From sequence record DRR723986_5348: a DNA stretch of 42,992 nucleotides. One strand, written 5' to 3'. The translations under genes were made by a program, and so were the position numbers. Below, piece after piece: positions 38,197 through 42,992 of the stretch (positions within the stretch are counted from its first letter, which is position 1; every line of letters begins with the position of its first letter). The notes below the pieces were generated by a model. It made no database searches, was not told where the DNA came from, and was given only the letters and a program-made list of their open reading frames with translations.

Positions 38197-38905
38197 TTAT
38201 AACTACATAAAAATCATAGGTTTAGTGATAGTGGTTGGCTTTTTATTCGCTTTTTCTAACCATAGAAATAGCACTCGAAAGACAAGCAAACCAATAATTA
38301 AATTTTTAGGTGAGAATAAATTATTCGTTACAGATGCAACTGTTAGTAAATTGTTAATACAAAATCAACAGTCTATTACGGGACAGCCTAAAGAAATTAT
38401 AGATTTGAACGAGTTAGAAATTGCCCTAAATTCTAACCCTATGATAAAGAAGGCAGAAGTTTTTATGTCAGTAAACGGTGAGCTTTCCGCAGAAATTGAA
38501 CAAAAACGACCTATTGCAAGAGTAAGTACTAATGCATCATACTATATTGATGATGAGGGTTCTTTTATGCCTTTGTCATCAAATTATTCTGCAAGAGTAC
38601 CCTTAGTTGTTGGTGATTTAAAGAAGAATGATCTCTCTATCATTTACAAATTTGCCAAAATGGTAGATAAAGATGAGTTCTTAAAGAAGCATGTTATTGA
38701 AATTCGTCAGAATAACGATAAAACTCTTGATTTTAAAATTCGAAAGAGTGATTTTATTGTTCATTTAGGAACATTAGACAAACTCGAAAAAAAGATAAAT
38801 AATTTTAAGGCTTTTTATCAAAAAGCATTGAAAGATAAAGTATTAGATAATTATAAGCTTGTTAATCTCAAATTTGATAAACAAGTGATTTGCACCAAAA
38901 AATAA
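38183..38905 (+). CDS. ftsQ: Cell division protein FtsQ/DivIB
   Basis: Single N-terminal TM, POTRA-like segment, QKRPIAR and C-terminal NLKFDKQVIC; between murC and ftsA. Confidence 0.88.
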   Translation: MLRINYNYIKIIGLVIVVGFLFAFSNHRNSTRKTSKPIIKFLGENKLFVTDATVSKLLIQNQQSITGQPKEIIDLNELEIALNSNPMIKKAEVFMSVNGELSAEIEQKRPIARVSTNASYYIDDEGSFMPLSSNYSARVPLVVGDLKKNDLSIIYKFAKMVDKDEFLKKHVIEIRQNNDKTLDFKIRKSDFIVHLGTLDKLEKKINNFKAFYQKALKDKVLDNYKLVNLKFDKQVICTKK

Positions 38906-38908
38906 ACT

Positions 38909-40243
38909 ATGGACAAGCATAACATATCGGTAGGTTTAGATATTGGAACCACAAAAATTGTGGCCATGATTGGTCGCAAAAATGAATATGGAAAGGTAGA
39001 AATTCTGGGTGTAGGTAAATCCAAGAGTATGGGTGTACATCGTGGTGTTGTAAATAATATTACACAAACCATACAGTCCATACAGCAGGCTGTCCAAGAA
39101 GCAGAAACAGCTGCTTCAGAACGTATAGAAGAAGTAACAGTAGGTATAGCCGGACAACACATTAGAAGCTTACAGCACAGTGATTATATAACTAGAGCTA
39201 ATTCTGAATTAGTAATTGATGAAGGTGATATTGATCGTTTGATAAATCAGGTACACAAACTTGTAATGTTACCAGGTGAGGAGATTATACATGTTTTACC
39301 ACAGGAGTTTAAAGTTGATGGTCAGGCAGAAATCAAAGAGCCAATCGGAATGTATGGTGGTCGATTAGAAGCTAACTTTCATGTCGTAGTTGGTCAGGTA
39401 TCATCTATTAGAAATATTGGACGTTGCGTTAAAAGTGCAGGTTTAGAGTTGGAAGGTATTACTCTAGAGCCATTAGCCTCTGCAAATGCAGTATTAAGTC
39501 AGGAAGAAAAAGAAGCTGGTGTGGCATTAATTGATATTGGAGGTGGAACCACGGATTTGGCAGTGTTCAAAGATGGTATCATTCGTCATACAGCTGTGAT
39601 ACCGTTTGGTGGTAATGTAATTACAGAAGACATAAAGGAAGGCTGTTCAATCATTGAGAAGCAAGCCGAGCTTTTAAAAATAAAATTTGGTTCAGCATGG
39701 CCTGGTGAGAATAAGGATAATGAAATAGTTTCTATACCTGGATTAAGAGGTAGAGAACCAAAGGAAATTACACTTAAGAATTTATCTAAGATAATTCATG
39801 CAAGAGTTGTTGAGATTATAGAACAAGTCTATGTAGAAATAAAGAATTACGGACACGAGGAACAAAAGAAAAAACTAATTGCAGGTATTGTATTGACTGG
39901 TGGTGGAAGTCAGCTAAAACACTTAAAGCAGTTAGTTGAATATATAACTGGTATGGATACCAGAATAGGCTATCCTAATGAGCATTTAGCAGGTGATAGT
40001 GATGAAGATATAGCAAGTCCATTATTTGCTACAGCAGTTGGTTTAGTAATGGATGGCTTAAAACGTCAGGATAGAAAACTAGCAGAAGAGAATGAAGAAG
40101 AGTTATTTTCAGAGTCTTTAGAGACTGAAATGTCAAATGATAATGAAACCGAAGCGGTGGTAGAAGAACCACAGAAGGAGCGTCGCTCATTTTTAGACAA
40201 ATTAACAGAGCGTGTCAAAGAATTTTTAGACAACGCAGAGTAG
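38909..40243 (+). CDS. ftsA: Cell division protein FtsA
   Basis: GLDIGTTK, IDIGGGTT, VLTGGG motifs and a C-terminal amphipathic helix SFLDKLTERVKEFL. Confidence 0.97.
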   Translation: MDKHNISVGLDIGTTKIVAMIGRKNEYGKVEILGVGKSKSMGVHRGVVNNITQTIQSIQQAVQEAETAASERIEEVTVGIAGQHIRSLQHSDYITRANSELVIDEGDIDRLINQVHKLVMLPGEEIIHVLPQEFKVDGQAEIKEPIGMYGGRLEANFHVVVGQVSSIRNIGRCVKSAGLELEGITLEPLASANAVLSQEEKEAGVALIDIGGGTTDLAVFKDGIIRHTAVIPFGGNVITEDIKEGCSIIEKQAELLKIKFGSAWPGENKDNEIVSIPGLRGREPKEITLKNLSKIIHARVVEIIEQVYVEIKNYGHEEQKKKLIAGIVLTGGGSQLKHLKQLVEYITGMDTRIGYPNEHLAGDSDEDIASPLFATAVGLVMDGLKRQDRKLAEENEEELFSESLETEMSNDNETEAVVEEPQKERRSFLDKLTERVKEFLDNAE

Positions 40244-40308
40244 GGCTGAATGTTAAGAAATTGTCCAGTGGACAATTTTAATGAAGAGCCAGCGCTGAGG
40301 CGAGGGGC
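40244..40308 (+). repeat. Structured palindromic element (repeat or ncRNA-like) between ftsA and ftsZ
   Basis: Perfect inverted repeat AAATTGTCCA-G-TGGACAATTT (40258-40278) followed by a GC-rich second hairpin GCC-AG-CGC-TGAG-GCG-AGG-GGC. Confidence 0.65.
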
Positions 40309-40404
40309 AAATGAAAAATAAAATTTGATGACTTTTAAAATCATCATGTATTAAGAAAATAAAGTAAAGTTTAAAAGATATAAAATCCCATAATCACAAT
40401 TAAT

Positions 40405-42345
40405 ATGAGTAATAGCAACGAATTTGGAAATATCTCATTTGATTTACCTAAGCATCAATCTAACGTAATAAAAGTTATTGGAGTAGGTGGTGGAGGAAGT
40501 AATGCCATAAATCACATGTTTCAACAAGGAATAAAAGGTGTTGATTTCGTGATATGCAATACCGATGCACAAGCACTACAAAACAGTGGAGTACCTAATA
40601 AAATTCAACTTGGAGTTAACTTAACTGAAGGTTTAGGAGCAGGCGCAAACCCTGATGTAGGTGAGCAAGCAGCAGTTGAGAGCTTAGAAGATATTCGCAG
40701 AATGTTAGATACCAATACAAAAATGGTATTTATTACTGCTGGTATGGGTGGTGGAACTGGTACTGGTGCGGCGCCAATCATTGCAAAAATGGCTAAAGAG
40801 TTAGATATACTTACTGTTGGTATAGTTACCATGCCATTTCAGTTTGAAGGTAAAATGCGAAATGAACAAGCTCAGCGTGGTATAGAAAATTTACGCCAGC
40901 ACGTAGATTCATTAGTTGTTATTAATAACAACAAGCTTAGAGAAGTATATGGTAATTTAGGCTTTAAAGCAGGTTTCTCAAAAGCAGATGAAGTATTATC
41001 TACGGCATCAAGAGGAATTGCCGAAGTAATAACACATCACTACACTCAAAACATTGATTTACGTGATGCAAAGACGGTTTTAAGTAATAGTGGAACGGCC
41101 ATTATGGGATCGGCAACGGCTTTGGGTCAAACCAGAGCGCAAGAAGCCATCATGAAAGCTTTAGATTCCCCACTTTTAAACGATAATAAAATTACAGGAG
41201 CCAAGAACGTATTGTTGCTAATCGTTTCTGGGTCTCAGGAAATTACAATTGATGAGATTGGTGAGATTAATGATCATATACAAAATGAAGCCGGTCATGG
41301 AGCTAATATCATTATGGGTGTTGGTGAAGATGATGCCTTAGAAGAATCAATTTCTGTAACAATAATTGCTACTGGTTTTGACTTAGATCAGCAAAATGAA
41401 ATTTCAAATACAGAGACAAAAAAAGTGATTCATGCTTTAGAAGAATCTGTAGATGAAGATTACAGTGCGGTAGAAAAAGAACCAGCTATTATAACTCCAG
41501 ATATTGTTTTAGAGGAGAAGAAAGAAGAAAATGTCGTTAGACATACATTATTAGATGAAGATGAATTAGAAATAAATACAATGTCGCAAAATAAGTCTGA
41601 AATGGATATTATACCAACGACAGACTTATTAAGAAACATGAATGTGGTTTATGACGAAGTATTAGATTCTAAAACAGAACTAGAAATTGAAACAGAAGAG
41701 TTCGTCATCACACCTGTTGATACTGCGGAAGAATCATTTCAGGTAGAGCAAGAAGAAGAGCAGATTACCTTAACCTTTGATTTACCAATTTCAAATAATA
41801 AATCTGAGGATTCTAACAGTAGTGAAAATGAGGAGGAAAAAATGTTCTTTAGTTTAGATGATGAAGTAAAGGATATAGATGTTAACGAACCTATTGAAAT
41901 TATTTCAGTAACTGAAGTTAATGAAGAGGGTGAGAAGCGTTATGCATTAGATGATTTTGAAACTTTTGAATCTTCCATGAATACTAAGATGGAAGGCACT
42001 GAAATTAAAGAAGAGATTGTTTTTGAAAAGAAAGTGCTACCAGTTACAGAAACAGAAGAAGTTATAGAAGAAGAAATTGACCCAATGAATAGTCCAATTT
42101 CTGAACTATTAAAGGCACGCGCAGATGAGCGCAGAAAACATATGAAAGATTTTAACTATAAGTTTAATAACGCTAAAATAGATGAAATCGAAAAGGAACC
42201 TGCTTACAAAAGACAAGGTGTAAATTTGGAGGATGCACAGCATTCATCAGAAACCAACGCTTCAAGAATGTCTGTCGGAACAGATGATAATGACGACATT
42301 CAATTAAGAAGTAACAATTCATTTTTACACGATAACGTAGATTAA
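40405..42345 (+). CDS. ftsZ: Cell division protein FtsZ with long acidic linker
   Basis: GVGGGGSNA, GMGGGTGTG tubulin signature, NIDLRD, EPAYKR and terminal NNSFLHDNVD; 646 aa. Confidence 0.98.
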   Translation: MSNSNEFGNISFDLPKHQSNVIKVIGVGGGGSNAINHMFQQGIKGVDFVICNTDAQALQNSGVPNKIQLGVNLTEGLGAGANPDVGEQAAVESLEDIRRMLDTNTKMVFITAGMGGGTGTGAAPIIAKMAKELDILTVGIVTMPFQFEGKMRNEQAQRGIENLRQHVDSLVVINNNKLREVYGNLGFKAGFSKADEVLSTASRGIAEVITHHYTQNIDLRDAKTVLSNSGTAIMGSATALGQTRAQEAIMKALDSPLLNDNKITGAKNVLLLIVSGSQEITIDEIGEINDHIQNEAGHGANIIMGVGEDDALEESISVTIIATGFDLDQQNEISNTETKKVIHALEESVDEDYSAVEKEPAIITPDIVLEEKKEENVVRHTLLDEDELEINTMSQNKSEMDIIPTTDLLRNMNVVYDEVLDSKTELEIETEEFVITPVDTAEESFQVEQEEEQITLTFDLPISNNKSEDSNSSENEEEKMFFSLDDEVKDIDVNEPIEIISVTEVNEEGEKRYALDDFETFESSMNTKMEGTEIKEEIVFEKKVLPVTETEEVIEEEIDPMNSPISELLKARADERRKHMKDFNYKFNNAKIDEIEKEPAYKRQGVNLEDAQHSSETNASRMSVGTDDNDDIQLRSNNSFLHDNVD

Positions 42346-42383
42346 TAGCAAGTTTAGGTTAAGTGTTAACACACCAATGTCTG

Positions 42384-42417
42384 GCCCAAAAAGCGTCTCC
42401 AACTTTTTGGGCTTTTT
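42384..42417 (+). terminator. Intrinsic terminator of the dcw operon
   Basis: GCCCAAAAAG-CGTCTCCAA-CTTTTTGGGC-TTTTT. Confidence 0.88.
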
Positions 42418-42495
42418 GTATTTATTACTCTTTAGTTTTGAAACTAAAGCCTTAACTTTTTTAGTATCTTCGCATTTCAATTTAATATAGAAAAA

Positions 42496-42948
42496 ATGAG
42501 CTTACAAGATGATATAATGGCTGCAATGAAAACAGCTATGAAGGAAAAAGATCAGACTGCTTTGGCAGCATTGAGAGCAGTTAAATCAGAAATATTGTTA
42601 GCCAAAACAGCTTCAGGATCTGGAGATGAATTGACGGAAGAACAAGAAATAAAAATCTTGTCTAAGATGGTAAAGCAACGCAAGGACAGTGCCGCAATTT
42701 TCTTAGAGCAAGATCGCAAGGATTTGGCAATACCAGAGATAGATCAGGCAGAGGTAATTAGTCAGTTTTTACCCGAAGCATTGAGTGAAGAAGAAATTGA
42801 AAAAGTAGTTGTTGCAACAATAGAAAGTGTTGGAGCAGAAGGCATGAAAGACATGGGTAAGGTTATGGGTGTTGTGAGCAAAGAACTAGCTGGGCAAGCC
42901 GATGGTAAAACGATTTCTACGATTGTAAAAGCAAAATTGATGTCTTAA
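42496..42948 (+). CDS. yqeY: GatB/YqeY domain protein
   Basis: MKTAMKEKD, KQRKDS, FLPEALS, KDMGKVMG and ADGK motifs; 150 aa. Confidence 0.93.
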   Translation: MSLQDDIMAAMKTAMKEKDQTALAALRAVKSEILLAKTASGSGDELTEEQEIKILSKMVKQRKDSAAIFLEQDRKDLAIPEIDQAEVISQFLPEALSEEEIEKVVVATIESVGAEGMKDMGKVMGVVSKELAGQADGKTISTIVKAKLMS

Positions 42949-42959
42949 CATTCTTAATT

Positions 42960-42992
42960 GGCCTCGTAGTTCAACTGGATAGAATATCAGAT
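42960..42992 (+). tRNA. tRNA 5' part, probably tRNA-Arg; anticodon lies outside the window
   Basis: GGCCTCG TA GTTC AACTGGATA GAAT A TCAGA T: acceptor 5' strand, D arm with GGA (A20 is an Arg identity element) and 5' anticodon stem. Confidence 0.8.

Noticed and set aside
1758-40832. Short alternative-frame or antisense ORFs from the ORF track (e.g. 1758-1985, 4208-4405, 9026-9361, 18875-19249, 21027-21419, 26904-27233, 28140-28505, 33142-33474, 38851-39162, 40066-40347)
   Set aside because: All lie wholly or mostly within well-supported genes, have no recognisable motifs and look like shadow frames.
1-42992. Genomic island or prophage bounded by two tRNA genes
   Set aside because: Both tRNAs point outward with their 3' ends (usual att sites) outside the window; there is no integrase, no visible terminal repeat, and the content is core genes.
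1-42992. CRISPR arrays, IS elements, riboswitches, toxin-antitoxin or defence systems
   Set aside because: No repeat-spacer array, transposase or matching ORFs seen; all intergenic regions are under 300 nt and show no riboswitch consensus I recognise.

Overview
AT-rich core-chromosome segment of a Bacteroidota bacterium, almost certainly Flavobacteriaceae (TAnnTTTG promoters, Gln at +1 after signal peptides, mevalonate genes, dcw cluster without murF/ddl, FtsZ ending NNSFLHDNVD). It runs from a partial tRNA-Phe (minus strand) to a partial tRNA, probably Arg (plus strand). In order it contains: (1) an envelope-biogenesis cluster: coaX, a FadL-like beta-barrel (probable Bacteroidota BAM subunit BamG), an uncharacterised Cys-rich periplasmic TPR protein, lipoprotein-type lptC, a 63-aa membrane protein, a CNNM/CorC protein and a PpiD-like chaperone; (2) class II HMG-CoA reductase and a GYDIA GHMP kinase; (3) dipeptidyl peptidase IV with two POT peptide transporters, then a thioredoxin-fold protein; (4) surE-hyp-lpxB-NlpC/P60-comEC; (5) prc, an orphan DppC-type permease and a small ORF; (6) an alpha/beta hydrolase and yihA; (7) the dcw cluster mraZ to ftsZ, then yqeY. 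I see no phage, IS, integrase, CRISPR or defence genes. The best candidate for a partly undescribed system is cluster (1), which appears to link OMP assembly, LPS transport and Sec-exit chaperoning. The other notable signals are non-coding: a motif-rich mraZ control region, a structured GC-rich element between ftsA and ftsZ, a sigma54-like site before prc and several palindromes. All calls come from reading motifs and from recalled family knowledge; no searches were run.
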